Made by a program: the position numbers and the translations under genes
Assembly: GCA_018666805.1 (NCBI GenBank)
Contig: JABIXB010000135.1
Span: forward strand, 1 to 63,168
DNA: 63,168 nt
DNA from: Rhodospirillaceae bacterium
Lineage (GTDB): Bacteria > Pseudomonadota > Alphaproteobacteria > UBA828
Reading direction: 5' to 3'
The notes under the pieces: generated by a model
What the model was told of the DNA's origin: nothing
The model's database searches: none
The model's input: the letters and a program-made list of their open reading frames with translations, nothing else
Shown: positions 1-9,031 of the stretch, piece after piece
Numbering within the stretch: the first letter of the stretch is position 1
How the letters are laid out: every line of letters starts with the position of its first letter

Positions 1-94
1 AGGCAATCGCCACGCTGCCGGGCTCGTCGGCAATCCACACGGCGAGCGCCGCAATCGCGGCAACGAGGACGAAAAAAATGACCAGCCGGGTCAT
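1..94 (-). CDS. hemY: HemY-like membrane protein, N-terminal fragment (gene runs off the window start)
   Basis: The minus-strand ATG at 94 overlaps the stop of the upstream ORF (ATGA). The translation MTRLVIFFVLVAAIAALAVWIADEPGSVAIA is a hydrophobic anchor like HemY N-termini. The position after hemC-hemD-X fits the conserved order. Confidence 0.5.
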   Translation of the reverse strand, partial: MTRLVIFFVLVAAIAALAVWIADEPGSVAIA

Positions 95-1380
95 TGATTG
101 GCGCTTTCAGCGGAACTCCAGCGCGCCGCCACGCGCTCCGAAATTTCCGTATCGAGCACGGCTAGCGCGGATTCCACCGCGCGCCGCGCGCGCGCCCCTT
201 GCAGCCAGTTTTCCGCGCCGCTGCGCGCTTTCGCCGGCAGGGCTTCGGCGACGGATATGGCGCTGGCAAGCTCGCCCGATTGAAGCGCTGCGTGCACCGC
301 GCTCAAGCGTCCCTCGAGGCTGTCCGCCGCAATTTCCCCGCCAACCCGGCGCACGGTGACGATGCGGCGCAGGCGGCCGATGGTGGCATCGACCCAGCCC
401 TGGTCTTCCGCCGCGGCGTCGGCATGGACCACACCAAGCGCCATATCATCGAACCCTGCCGCCAGCGCGGCCGTGGTTGGCGCGCCTTGAAGCGCATGCA
501 CCGCCAAGTCCCGGATCGCGTTCTCCAGCGCTAAATTCGATCCGCCCTCGGATTGAACGGCGGCGCGGAACGCCTCGACCTCGCGCGCGAACGGCTGGGC
601 CGTCGCGGCGGCGCGCGTCAGGCGCGAATGGGAGAGGATCAGCATCATCGTCCGGCCATCGCCGGCCTCGCGCTGGTCGAATGATTCAATCAGTTGCCGC
701 GTCGCTGCCAATTGTTCCTGAAGCGCGGTCTGACCGGCGCGCAAGCTCTCCAACTCGCGGCGCGTGACAGATGTTCCCTGCGCCGTGCTGGCGTTGAGCT
801 TGTCTTCCAAGGTATCGAGCCGCTCGAGGGTGCGGAAATCGTCCGCCGATGTGGCGGTGCGCGGTCCGGCCGCGACGGCCTGCGGGCGTTCCCGGGCGGG
901 TGATTGCGCTTCGGCGAGGGCCTGTTCGAGCGCTTCAACCCGCGCCATGGCTTCGCTGAGCGCATCGGTGAGTGGCGTTAGGTTGGGCTCGGCTGCGGGC
1001 TCTGGCGGCGGTATTTCGGCGCGCTCCGCCAAGGCCGTTTCCAGCACCGCGACTTGTGCGATCAAAGCCTGCATGGTGGCGGAGGGTTCAGCCGGCGGCG
1101 CGGAAGCCGGCGGCTCCGCAACAGGCGGAAGCGGGACGGGCGCGCTGTCTATCTTTGCGGTGTTTTCCGCGACTCTTTCCAGCGGCGGAGATTGGACGCT
1201 ATCCTGAATCGCCGGCCAGGCGACATAGACACCGACGCCGATCAGGGCGAGCAGCACCACAAAAGCAGCTAACGGCAAGCGCCGGCGGCCTTCGCCAAAG
1301 CGCCGCGATTCGGTCGGCGCGTCACCGTCCGCATCGATCTCGCTGCCATTTTGCCAGGGCGGTTGATTTTTATCGGCCAT
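91..1380 (-). CDS. Membrane-anchored Pro/Ala-rich coiled-coil protein of the hem cluster (HemX-position; alphaproteobacterial Mic60/mitofilin-like)
   Basis: 429-aa ORF. It has an N-terminal TM helix (LPLAAFVVLLALIGVGVYVAWPAI), a Pro/Ala-rich linker, Ala/Glu/Leu-rich helical segments and a conserved-looking C-terminal domain. Its start lies 1 nt after the hemD stop and it is followed by hemY. Confidence 0.6.
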   Translation of the reverse strand: MADKNQPPWQNGSEIDADGDAPTESRRFGEGRRRLPLAAFVVLLALIGVGVYVAWPAIQDSVQSPPLERVAENTAKIDSAPVPLPPVAEPPASAPPAEPSATMQALIAQVAVLETALAERAEIPPPEPAAEPNLTPLTDALSEAMARVEALEQALAEAQSPARERPQAVAAGPRTATSADDFRTLERLDTLEDKLNASTAQGTSVTRRELESLRAGQTALQEQLAATRQLIESFDQREAGDGRTMMLILSHSRLTRAAATAQPFAREVEAFRAAVQSEGGSNLALENAIRDLAVHALQGAPTTAALAAGFDDMALGVVHADAAAEDQGWVDATIGRLRRIVTVRRVGGEIAADSLEGRLSAVHAALQSGELASAISVAEALPAKARSGAENWLQGARARRAVESALAVLDTEISERVAARWSSAESANQ

Positions 1381-1381
1381 G

Positions 1382-2116
1382 TTATTCGGCTATTTCGATC
1401 TCTCGCGCTACTTCATCGAGCAGGGCCGCTTGTTCCGGCACGATTGCGGTGCGAATGCGGCGCCATGTCAATCCGGCTACTTCCTCGGCCACTGCCGGGC
1501 TTAGGCAGACCACTGTAATTTGGGCCAGCGAATCTGCCACATCAATCAGTTTAACAAAGCCGCGTGCGCTGCGGGGAGAGAAAAACAACACCATATCGAT
1601 CTTGCCGTCCTCCAGCGCCGTACGGGTTTCGCCGGAGAGCGCTGTGCTCGCCTCGGCCCGGTACAGGCAGGCGCGCTCTATAGTGAAGCCGCGCGCACCG
1701 AGCTTGCCGGAGAGATCTCCGGCGACACGGCTTCCGGCAATATGCAGCAACCGGCCGTTCGCCGGGTCGAGCCGCTCTATCGCCAATTTGGCGAGTGTTT
1801 CAACATCGCCGCCGGCAGTTTCGACATGTTTGAAACCAGCGCCGCGCGCCGCCTCGGCGGTGGCGGCGCCGACGGTGAAAAGTGGTTTGTCATGCGCCTT
1901 GTCTTCCGGCGCAAGCAGCGCCGCAAGGGCACGCACGCCGTTGGCGCTGGTCAACAGCAGCGCCTGGACCTCTTCCAACGGCGGCAGCGATGCGCCTTCG
2001 AGCGGTATGATGTTGATCACGGGATCGATCAGGCTGTCGACGCCCAGTGCCCGCAACAGCGCCGCCAGGTGTTCAGAATCCGGGCGCGGGCGGGTTAAGA
2101 GGGCGAGCGGGCTCAT
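1382..2116 (-). CDS. hemD: Uroporphyrinogen-III synthase
   Basis: 244-aa ORF immediately downstream of hemC. Size and sequence (LLTRP..., two-lobed pattern, LLLTSANGVRA, VCLSPAVA) are typical of HemD. Confidence 0.8.
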   Translation of the reverse strand: MSPLALLTRPRPDSEHLAALLRALGVDSLIDPVINIIPLEGASLPPLEEVQALLLTSANGVRALAALLAPEDKAHDKPLFTVGAATAEAARGAGFKHVETAGGDVETLAKLAIERLDPANGRLLHIAGSRVAGDLSGKLGARGFTIERACLYRAEASTALSGETRTALEDGKIDMVLFFSPRSARGFVKLIDVADSLAQITVVCLSPAVAEEVAGLTWRRIRTAIVPEQAALLDEVAREIEIAE

Positions 2117-2134
2117 GGCGTGAACCCTAGCATT

Positions 2135-3070
2135 TTATTCGCTGAAAAAATCCGCACCGCCCTTGAGGCGCAATTCCTCGCCGGCATCCTCGCCCATCGC
2201 AACACCATCTGCGGCAGCTCCGAAACGCTCGGTGCGGTGGATGGTCGTGCCGTCCGGCCGCGCGATCAGGGCGCGAAGAAGCATCTGCCCGTCCGCCTCA
2301 AACTCGGCCAAAGCGGCAATCGGGGTGCGGCACGAACCGTCAAGCGCCGCCAACAGGGCGCGTTCTGAGTTAATCCGCGCCGCACTTTCAGCATGGTTGA
2401 GCGCGGCGAGATAACCCTGGGTGCGGCTGTCGTCGCTGCGGCATTCAATGCCGATGGCGCCCTGGGCAACGGCGGGCAGCATTTCTTCCGGCGCAAGCGC
2501 GGCGGCGATGTGCTCGGCGCTACCCAGCCGTTTCAATCCGGCCACGGCCAACAGGGTGGCGTCGAATTCGCCTTCCGCCACTTTGCGCACCCGGGTTGCC
2601 ACATTGCCACGCAGCATGGCGATTTTAAAGTCAGGGCGTATGTGCAGCAATTGTGCGCGGCGGCGCAATGACGCGGTGCCGATGCGCGCGCCTTCGGGCA
2701 ACGCCGCGACGCCGCTTAAACCCTCACCGATCAGCGCGTCGCGCGGATCCTCGCGCGGCAGAATACAATTTATTTCGAGACCGTCCGGCAGCCAGGTCGG
2801 CACATCCTTCATCGAATGCACGGCGAGATCGATATCGCCGGCGCTGAGCGCCTCTTCGATCTCCTTGGTGAAAAGGCCCTTGCCGCCGATATCGGCGAGC
2901 GGCCGGTCGGTGAATTTATCGCCGCTGGTTTTGATAATCCGCGTCTCGAGGGCGCCTTCCTCGGCCAGTTCACCATGTGCCGCCGCGAGGCGGGCGCGCA
3001 CTTCGGTGACCTGAGCGAGAGCGAGCGGGCTTCCTCTGGTGCCGATGATGAGCGGTCGACTGGTTGTCAC
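2135..3070 (-). CDS. hemC: Hydroxymethylbilane synthase (porphobilinogen deaminase)
   Basis: Contains IIGTRGSPLALAQ, VHSMKDVP, GNVATR and the C-terminal Cys region (LDGSCRTPIA). I place the start at the GTG at 3070, preceded by AGGGAG 8 nt upstream, giving about 311 aa. The ORF track extends to an upstream ATG at 3175 that would add an atypical 35-aa extension. Confidence 0.92.
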   Translation of the reverse strand: MTTSRPLIIGTRGSPLALAQVTEVRARLAAAHGELAEEGALETRIIKTSGDKFTDRPLADIGGKGLFTKEIEEALSAGDIDLAVHSMKDVPTWLPDGLEINCILPREDPRDALIGEGLSGVAALPEGARIGTASLRRRAQLLHIRPDFKIAMLRGNVATRVRKVAEGEFDATLLAVAGLKRLGSAEHIAAALAPEEMLPAVAQGAIGIECRSDDSRTQGYLAALNHAESAARINSERALLAALDGSCRTPIAALAEFEADGQMLLRALIARPDGTTIHRTERFGAAADGVAMGEDAGEELRLKGGADFFSE

Positions 3071-3186
3071 GGCGAATTGCTCCCTGCTATATCTCCTGCA
3101 TACATACATGCGCGGCGGGGAGAAAGGCAATTTGAGCCTCATATCCGCACAGGAATATCCGGCAGCACAATTCAAGGAAGCAGCCC

Positions 3187-3567
3187 ATGGACAAAAATTA
3201 CGACGAAATTTCGAGTGCCCTCTGGACCTATTTGGACGGGCTTTATGAAGGCGATACCGAAAAACTCGGCAGCGTCTTTCACCCGGTATGCCACCTGGTC
3301 TCCAATACCGGCGGCGAGTTTCTCGACTGGTCGCGCGATCATTGGTTCAAGGTGGTGAATGGCCGCCCTTCGCCGAAAAGCCAGGGCTTGTCGCGCCATG
3401 ACCGCATCATCTCGATCGACATGTCGGATGAGACGACGGCGATGGCCAAGCTCAATTGTGCTGTTCCGCCGCGCTATTTCACCGATTACCTCACGCTCTT
3501 AAAGCTCGATGGCCGCTGGCAGATTGTCGCCAAATCCTTCCGTTTCAAGACGCACGGCGCGGGATAA
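3187..3567 (+). CDS. NTF2/SnoaL-like small protein (putative lumazine-binding family)
   Basis: 126-aa ORF. The N-terminal YLDGLYEGDTEKL motif and the C-terminal LLKLDGRWQIV strand are typical of the NTF2-like fold. Confidence 0.6.
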   Translation: MDKNYDEISSALWTYLDGLYEGDTEKLGSVFHPVCHLVSNTGGEFLDWSRDHWFKVVNGRPSPKSQGLSRHDRIISIDMSDETTAMAKLNCAVPPRYFTDYLTLLKLDGRWQIVAKSFRFKTHGAG

Positions 3568-3594
3568 AGACGGGCGGACGGTTCGGCTGCAAAC

Positions 3595-4671
3595 ATGTTG
3601 GTCCTCGGCATCGAGACCAGTTGCGATGAAACGGCGGCGGCGCTGGTCACCGACAAGCGCGAGATTTGCGCCAATGTGGTGCTGTCGCAGCTCGACGAGC
3701 ACGCGCCTTATGGCGGCATCGTGCCCGAGATCGCGGCGCGCAGCCATATCGAGCACCTCGATGGCCTGATCGCGCGCGCGATGAAAGATGCCGGCGCCAC
3801 ATTCGGCGATCTCGATGGCGTCGCGGCGACCGCCGGGCCCGGCCTGATCGGCGCCGTCATGGTCGGGCTGATGACCGGCAAGGCGGTCGCCGGCGTGCAT
3901 GATTTACCGTTCGCCGCCGTCAATCATCTTGAGGGTCATGCGCTGAGCGCGCGCCTGGGCGATGCGGATTTAGAGTTTCCCTATCTCCTGTTGCTGATCT
4001 CGGGTGGCCATTGCCAGCTTTTGCTGGTTGAGGGCGTTGCCAAATATAAGCGTCTTGGCACAACCATTGACGATGCGGCGGGCGAGGCTTTCGACAAGGC
4101 GGCGAAGCTTCTCGGCCTCGGCTATCCGGGCGGGCCGGCGATTGAGCGCGCCGCCAAAGGGGGCGACGCTGCGCGTTTTGATCTGCCGCGTCCGCTGAAG
4201 GGCCGCAAGGGGTGCGATTTTTCCTTCTCCGGCCTGAAGACCGCGCTTCTGCACAAAGTGCAAGCGCTTGAAGATGGCCTCGATAACACGCTCAGAGCCG
4301 ATCTTGCCGCTTCGTTTCAGCAGGCCGTCGCCGATGTCGTGATCGACCGTTGTCAGAATGCGATTAAAAGTTTTCGTGCCGCCTATCCGGATGGCCGCTT
4401 TCTCGTCGCCGGCGGCGGCGTGGTGGCGAATAGCCTGTTGCGCGCGCGCCTCAAAACATTGGCGGAAAAGAGCGGCTTGTCCCTGGCATTGCCACCGCTC
4501 GCACTTTGCACCGATAATGCGGCGATGATCGCCTGGGCCGGAATTGAGCGTCTGAGTCTCGGGCTTGAAGAAGATTTGAACGCCGTGCCGCGCGCCCGCT
4601 GGCCGCTCGACAGCACGGCAGCGCCACCGCCCGGCGTTGGTCGGGCAGGAAAATTGGGGCCGAAAGCCTAG
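3595..4671 (+). CDS. tsaD: tRNA N6-adenosine threonylcarbamoyltransferase
   Basis: Contains MLVLGIETSCDETAAALV, VNHLEGH, SGGHCQL and GGGVVANSLLR, the hallmark Kae1/TsaD motifs. Confidence 0.93.
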   Translation: MLVLGIETSCDETAAALVTDKREICANVVLSQLDEHAPYGGIVPEIAARSHIEHLDGLIARAMKDAGATFGDLDGVAATAGPGLIGAVMVGLMTGKAVAGVHDLPFAAVNHLEGHALSARLGDADLEFPYLLLLISGGHCQLLLVEGVAKYKRLGTTIDDAAGEAFDKAAKLLGLGYPGGPAIERAAKGGDAARFDLPRPLKGRKGCDFSFSGLKTALLHKVQALEDGLDNTLRADLAASFQQAVADVVIDRCQNAIKSFRAAYPDGRFLVAGGGVVANSLLRARLKTLAEKSGLSLALPPLALCTDNAAMIAWAGIERLSLGLEEDLNAVPRARWPLDSTAAPPPGVGRAGKLGPKA

Positions 4672-4834
4672 CTGCGCATAGGGCAGGTTGCGACAAAGCG
4701 CCGCTGCGACATAATTGAACATGGACCAGCGCTGTGCTGTCGGAACAATATTCGCCCGTACAGAATTTGTTGATAATTCTAAGGGTAACCTCACGTGTCG
4801 ATGTCGCAATACAGAGAAAATATATGTTGCGTGA

Positions 4835-5512
4835 ATGCGGATGAAATGGGCGCCAGGGATTCGGAATGTCTTATCTCGAATCATATTTAGATGGCCACTC
4901 GCCGGCGTTGCTGTGGCAATTTTCGCCGGCATGCTGCTATGGGGCGGATTCAATTGGAGTCTCGAAATGACCAATACTGAATCCTTTTGCATCTCCTGCC
5001 ACGAGATGGAGGCAAACGTGTACGCCGAGTACAAAACCTCCAGCCATTTCGCCAATCGCACCGGTGTGCGCGCCTCTTGCCCCGATTGTCATGTGCCGCG
5101 CCCGTGGATTCATAAGGTCGTGCGCAAAGTGCTGGCCACCAACGAGCTCTATCACTGGTTGGTCGGCTCGATCGACAGCCGCGAGAAGTTTATCGCCAAG
5201 CGGCCGAAATTGGCGCAGTCCGTGTGGGACACCATGCGCCGGACGGATTCACGCGAATGCCGGAATTGCCACGACGATGAGCATATGATGGTTGCCAAAC
5301 AACCCGCGCCTGCTCGTCTGATGCATGAATTGGCGAATAGATGGCAAATGACCTGTATCGATTGCCACAAAGGTATTGCGCATGAGTTGCCAGATAATTT
5401 TAACCATTATGCTTTAATGGATATAGTGCACGAGCGGATCGAAGAAGATGAAATAGAATGCGGCCAATGCCATGCGGGCATGGTCAAGCCGCCGCCCGGC
5501 GAGGAATGGTGA
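4835..5512 (+). CDS. NapC/NirT-family membrane-anchored multihaem cytochrome c with five CxxCH sites
   Basis: N-terminal TM helix, then CISCH, CPDCH, CRNCH, CIDCH(KGIAH) and an extra C-terminal CGQCH. The N-terminal pattern FCISCHEM is typical of NapC/NirT/CymA. Confidence 0.85.
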   Translation: MRMKWAPGIRNVLSRIIFRWPLAGVAVAIFAGMLLWGGFNWSLEMTNTESFCISCHEMEANVYAEYKTSSHFANRTGVRASCPDCHVPRPWIHKVVRKVLATNELYHWLVGSIDSREKFIAKRPKLAQSVWDTMRRTDSRECRNCHDDEHMMVAKQPAPARLMHELANRWQMTCIDCHKGIAHELPDNFNHYALMDIVHERIEEDEIECGQCHAGMVKPPPGEEW

Positions 5513-5571
5513 GTTTGTTTGGGGGGCTATATTGCCTTTGACGATGGGAAACTCAATTAAACAAGGACAAG

Positions 5572-6267
5572 GTGGCTAACATGGTAGCAAAAAAATACTT
5601 AATCCATGCCTTCGCGGGTGCGCTGCTATTGGCGCTCGGCTCATTGCCGTTGACACAAGGCGGCGGCCAGGCGCTGGCGGCATCTCCGTCGAGCGAGAAG
5701 AACGGCGAGGCGCAATTCAACGAAAATTGCGCCGTCTGCCATCAGGCCGATGCGATCGGCGAGCCGGGCGTGGCGCCTTCACTCACCAATCAGGAGTTTC
5801 TCGGTATTGCTTCCGACAAATTCTTAATGGCGACAATCCGCGATGGTCGGGAAGATACGGCGATGGCCCCATTTGCTCATTTGGGGCGCCAGAATGTCCG
5901 CGATATTGTCGATTATCTACGCTCTCATGCCATGGAGCAAAATCGCGCGGTGGAGGTTGATGCCCAACCGGATGCGCATGGCGATCCGCGCCTTGGCGAG
6001 CAGTGGTACAACAATATTTGCTCGACCTGCCACGGCGTCGCCGGTGACGGCTATTTTGCCGGCGGTACGGGAACGGCGATCGGCCTGCCCGGATTTCTTG
6101 ATAAGGCAAGCGATGGCTTTATCCGTGAGACCATTAAAGTTGGCCGTTCAAGCACCCGGATGCTGCCTTTCCAGGGCCCCACTGCCCTGGCCAATCTGAG
6201 CGACCAGGAAATCGACGACATCATTGTTTATTTGCGCGGCCTTGGCCAAAGCCAAGAGGAGGACTAG
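5572..6267 (+). CDS. Dihaem class-I c-type cytochrome (exported)
   Basis: Signal/anchor peptide, then two CxxCH sites (CAVCH, CSTCH), each followed by a Met-containing distal region (TAMAPF / TRMLPF). Start is GTG 5572 or ATG 5581. Confidence 0.8.
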   Translation: MANMVAKKYLIHAFAGALLLALGSLPLTQGGGQALAASPSSEKNGEAQFNENCAVCHQADAIGEPGVAPSLTNQEFLGIASDKFLMATIRDGREDTAMAPFAHLGRQNVRDIVDYLRSHAMEQNRAVEVDAQPDAHGDPRLGEQWYNNICSTCHGVAGDGYFAGGTGTAIGLPGFLDKASDGFIRETIKVGRSSTRMLPFQGPTALANLSDQEIDDIIVYLRGLGQSQEED

Positions 6268-6271
6268 ACAC

Positions 6272-8971
6272 ATGAAACGCCTCAAATCATTTTTCACACG
6301 GCGGGATTTTCTCAAAACCAGCGCCTTTGTTTCGGCGGCCACCACCGGCTTGATGGTGGGCGAAAACCCCGAGCTTGGCGTTGCCTCTGCGGATGCGGCG
6401 GCGAATGAGGACAACCGCACCACCGCGCTGGCGCAATGCCCCTATTGCGGCGTTGGCTGCGGCACCGTGATCCAGGTCGAGGGCGGCAAGATCGTCTCGA
6501 TGCGCCCGGACAAGGACCATCCGACCAATTACGGCCTGCAATGCATCAAGGGATTGACCGCCGCCGAGCCGATGTATGTCGATCGCATGGAAGGCGATGC
6601 CTATGTGCGCAAGGACGTCTGGGCGGAATGGAACAAGCCCGGGCACGGTGACCTGGAATATGTCTCGACCACCAAGGGTTCTTTCGACGAAGAGCATTTC
6701 ATCCGCGTGTCTTATGAAGAGGCCTCGGAAATGGTCGATCATAAGATCGCCCATTTGGTCAAAACCTATGGCGGCAACTCAATCGGCCTCTATGGCTCGG
6801 GCCAGCTCACCATGGAAGGGCAATATCTCGAAAACCTGTTCATGAAAGGCGTGCTCGGCTCCAACACCATCGAGGCCAATGCGCGCATGTGCATGACCTC
6901 GGCCGTGACCGGTTATTTCGCCACCCTCGGTTCCGATACGCCACCCTTGGCTTATGAGGATATCGAGATCGCTGATATGATCATGCATTTCGGCCACAAT
7001 GCGCGCGAATCCCATCCGATTATTTTCTGGCGCGCGGCGGACCATAAGCGCAACAAGGATATCCCGACCGTCGTCGTCGATCCGCGCCGCACTGGCACGG
7101 TGATGGGCTATGAGGATATCAATCCCAACAATTCGGTCCATGTGCCGATCCTCAATGGCGATATCAGTTTCCTCAACGCCATCGCCCATGTGCTTCTCGA
7201 AGAGCATGACGATGTGATCGATTGGGATTTCGTCAAAGAGCATGCCAGTGGCTGGGAATCCTATGTCGATGGCGTACGCAAGGATTACAGCCCCGAGCAG
7301 GTACAGGACCGTATGGGCGGCGAAAATCACGATGTCTCGCCGGCCTTGATCCGCAAAATCGCCGGCATGTTTGCCGATGCCACGCGCAAACGTCTGGCGC
7401 GTAGCAAGGGCACGCAGGAAGGCGGCTATGGCGGCGTCATCATCATGTGGGGCATCGGCTACAACCAGCACATTCATGGCCAGCACAATGTCATCGCCAT
7501 CGTCAATCTGTTGACCTTGACGGGCAATCTGGCCAAGCCCGGTTGCGGCCCGTTCTCGATGACCGGCCAGCCCAACGCGATGGGCGAACGCTTTACCGGC
7601 GGTCTCACCGGGCGGCTGCCGTTCAACCAGCCGCTCTCGAATGACGTTCATCGCAAGAAAATGGCTGCCGCTTGGCGCGTGCCGGAAGAAAATCTGATCA
7701 ACGCGATGAACTCGAAGAATCCGGGTTACGCGGTCGGCATGATGGAGCGTGCGCTGAAGGATGAAGTGAAAGCGTTCTTCTTTGTTTACGCCACCCATAT
7801 CGATTTGCCGGATCTCTATAATCTAGTCCGCCCGGCGATCAGCAAGACCTTCAATGTGGTGCAGGAAATCTACCGTCATGCGCCCAACAATCTCTATGCG
7901 GACGTGATCTTCCCGGCCGCGACATGGGGCGAGGTCGAGGGCGTTTATATTTCTTCCGAGCGCCGTTTGAATATCTGCCAGAAGGCGGCCGAGCCGCCGC
8001 CCGGATGCCGCCCCGACATGGATATGGTGATCGACAAGGCCAAAGGTATTGGCACGCTGTTGGGTCTCGATATGGAAAAAGTGCTTCCCTATCAGCGTAA
8101 AGAGGACGGCTTCTATGATGCGCAGGAAATTTTCCGCGATATCGTTGCCGCTTCCGTCGATACGGATACGGACCTCACCGGCATCCTCGAAGTCGAGAAG
8201 CTCGACGAGCTCACACCCTATGAGCAGCTTGCCGAACTCCGCGGTATTCAGTGGCCCGCGCCGACTTATGAGATCGCCCAGAGTGGCGGTACCAAGCGGC
8301 GTTTCATGCTGCAAGAGGGTGATTGGGAGAGCAAGCCTTACGGCTATTTCCGCACCAAGGATGGCAAGGTCCATATGAAGCTGGTCGGGCAGGACTACAC
8401 CAAGCGCGAGCAGTTGACCAAGGAGCTGATGCGTTTCGGCGCCGAGGAAGGCCTTTACACGATCGACCATATGGATCTCATCAAGGAGGTTCGTGACGTC
8501 GGCCTGACGCCGGATATGCCCGACGAGGATCAACGTGGCAAGAAGTGGGACGATGTGCCGAAGGACAAATATCCGTACTGGTTCGGGCTCGGCGTGGTGT
8601 ATGAGCATTTCCACACCGCCAAATCCAACCGCAGCCCGACGACGCGCCGTCTGGTGCCGGAAATGTATGTCGAGATGCATGAGGCGGATGCGACCGATCT
8701 CGGCATCCGGGACGGTGACAAGGTGCGCGTCGTGACACGCCGGGGCTCGCTCGAAGCGCGCGCCCAGGTCGGCACCAATTCGCTCGTTAAACCGGCGCGT
8801 AACAATGTGCCGCGCGGTTATATGTTCGGGCCGTGGAATCTGTCGGTTGCCGATAGCGCCGATCCCAAAAAGAACAAATGGCTGGCCAATGGCGTGACCA
8901 GCCGGGTGTGGGATCCGGTGTCGGGGCAGGTCGATTTCAAGAAGTCCGCTGCCCGAATCGAGAAGATCTGA
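6272..8971 (+). CDS. Tat-exported Mo-bisPGD oxidoreductase catalytic subunit, NapA/NasA-like
   Basis: The start ATG at 6272 is preceded by AGGAGG. Twin-arginine signal FTRRDFLKTSA, a 4Fe-4S motif CPYCGVGCG...C(IKG), the Mo-ligand region NARMCMTSAV, and GPFSMTGQPNAMGE. The C-terminus (YEHFHTAKS... DFKKSAARIEKI) parallels the E. coli NapA end (EHWHTGS... DFKKCAVKLEKV). At 899 aa it is longer than typical NapA. Confidence 0.85.
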   Translation: MKRLKSFFTRRDFLKTSAFVSAATTGLMVGENPELGVASADAAANEDNRTTALAQCPYCGVGCGTVIQVEGGKIVSMRPDKDHPTNYGLQCIKGLTAAEPMYVDRMEGDAYVRKDVWAEWNKPGHGDLEYVSTTKGSFDEEHFIRVSYEEASEMVDHKIAHLVKTYGGNSIGLYGSGQLTMEGQYLENLFMKGVLGSNTIEANARMCMTSAVTGYFATLGSDTPPLAYEDIEIADMIMHFGHNARESHPIIFWRAADHKRNKDIPTVVVDPRRTGTVMGYEDINPNNSVHVPILNGDISFLNAIAHVLLEEHDDVIDWDFVKEHASGWESYVDGVRKDYSPEQVQDRMGGENHDVSPALIRKIAGMFADATRKRLARSKGTQEGGYGGVIIMWGIGYNQHIHGQHNVIAIVNLLTLTGNLAKPGCGPFSMTGQPNAMGERFTGGLTGRLPFNQPLSNDVHRKKMAAAWRVPEENLINAMNSKNPGYAVGMMERALKDEVKAFFFVYATHIDLPDLYNLVRPAISKTFNVVQEIYRHAPNNLYADVIFPAATWGEVEGVYISSERRLNICQKAAEPPPGCRPDMDMVIDKAKGIGTLLGLDMEKVLPYQRKEDGFYDAQEIFRDIVAASVDTDTDLTGILEVEKLDELTPYEQLAELRGIQWPAPTYEIAQSGGTKRRFMLQEGDWESKPYGYFRTKDGKVHMKLVGQDYTKREQLTKELMRFGAEEGLYTIDHMDLIKEVRDVGLTPDMPDEDQRGKKWDDVPKDKYPYWFGLGVVYEHFHTAKSNRSPTTRRLVPEMYVEMHEADATDLGIRDGDKVRVVTRRGSLEARAQVGTNSLVKPARNNVPRGYMFGPWNLSVADSADPKKNKWLANGVTSRVWDPVSGQVDFKKSAARIEKI

Positions 8972-8976
8972 CTATG

Positions 8977-9015
8977 ACGGGCGTCCGGGCGGGGAAGACC
9001 GCACCGGACGCCCGT
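8977..9015 (+). promoter_or_regulatory. Intercistronic stem-loop between the catalytic subunit and the ferredoxin genes
   Basis: Perfect 12-bp stem (ACGGGCGTCCGG / CCGGACGCCCGT) with a 15-nt loop, followed by TTAT. It lies in the only sizeable gap (60 nt) inside the cluster. Confidence 0.5.
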
Positions 9016-9031
9016 TTATCGGAGCGGGGTT

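Noticed and set aside
972-2123. 383-aa plus-strand ORF overlapping hemD and the Mic60-like gene
   Set aside because: It lies antisense to two recognisable genes, its composition is extremely Arg/Ala/Ser/Pro-rich, and I recognised no motifs. This is typical of high-GC antisense ORF artefacts. The same reasoning applies to 6779-7798(-), 7823-8680(-), 14905-16170(-), 25671-26996(+), 37697-38596(+), 39651-40607(+), 44942-46261(+), 50150-51043(+), 61870-62865(+) and the many shorter overlapping ORFs in the track.
4770-4783. FNR/FixK-like box TTGAT-AATT-CTAAG upstream of the NapC-like gene
   Set aside because: Only the left half-site matches TTGAT-N4-ATCAA and the right half is poor. This is too weak to call without comparative data. 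The nearby repeated TGCGACA / TGTCGCA motifs (4689-4713, 4802-4809) are also too short to interpret.
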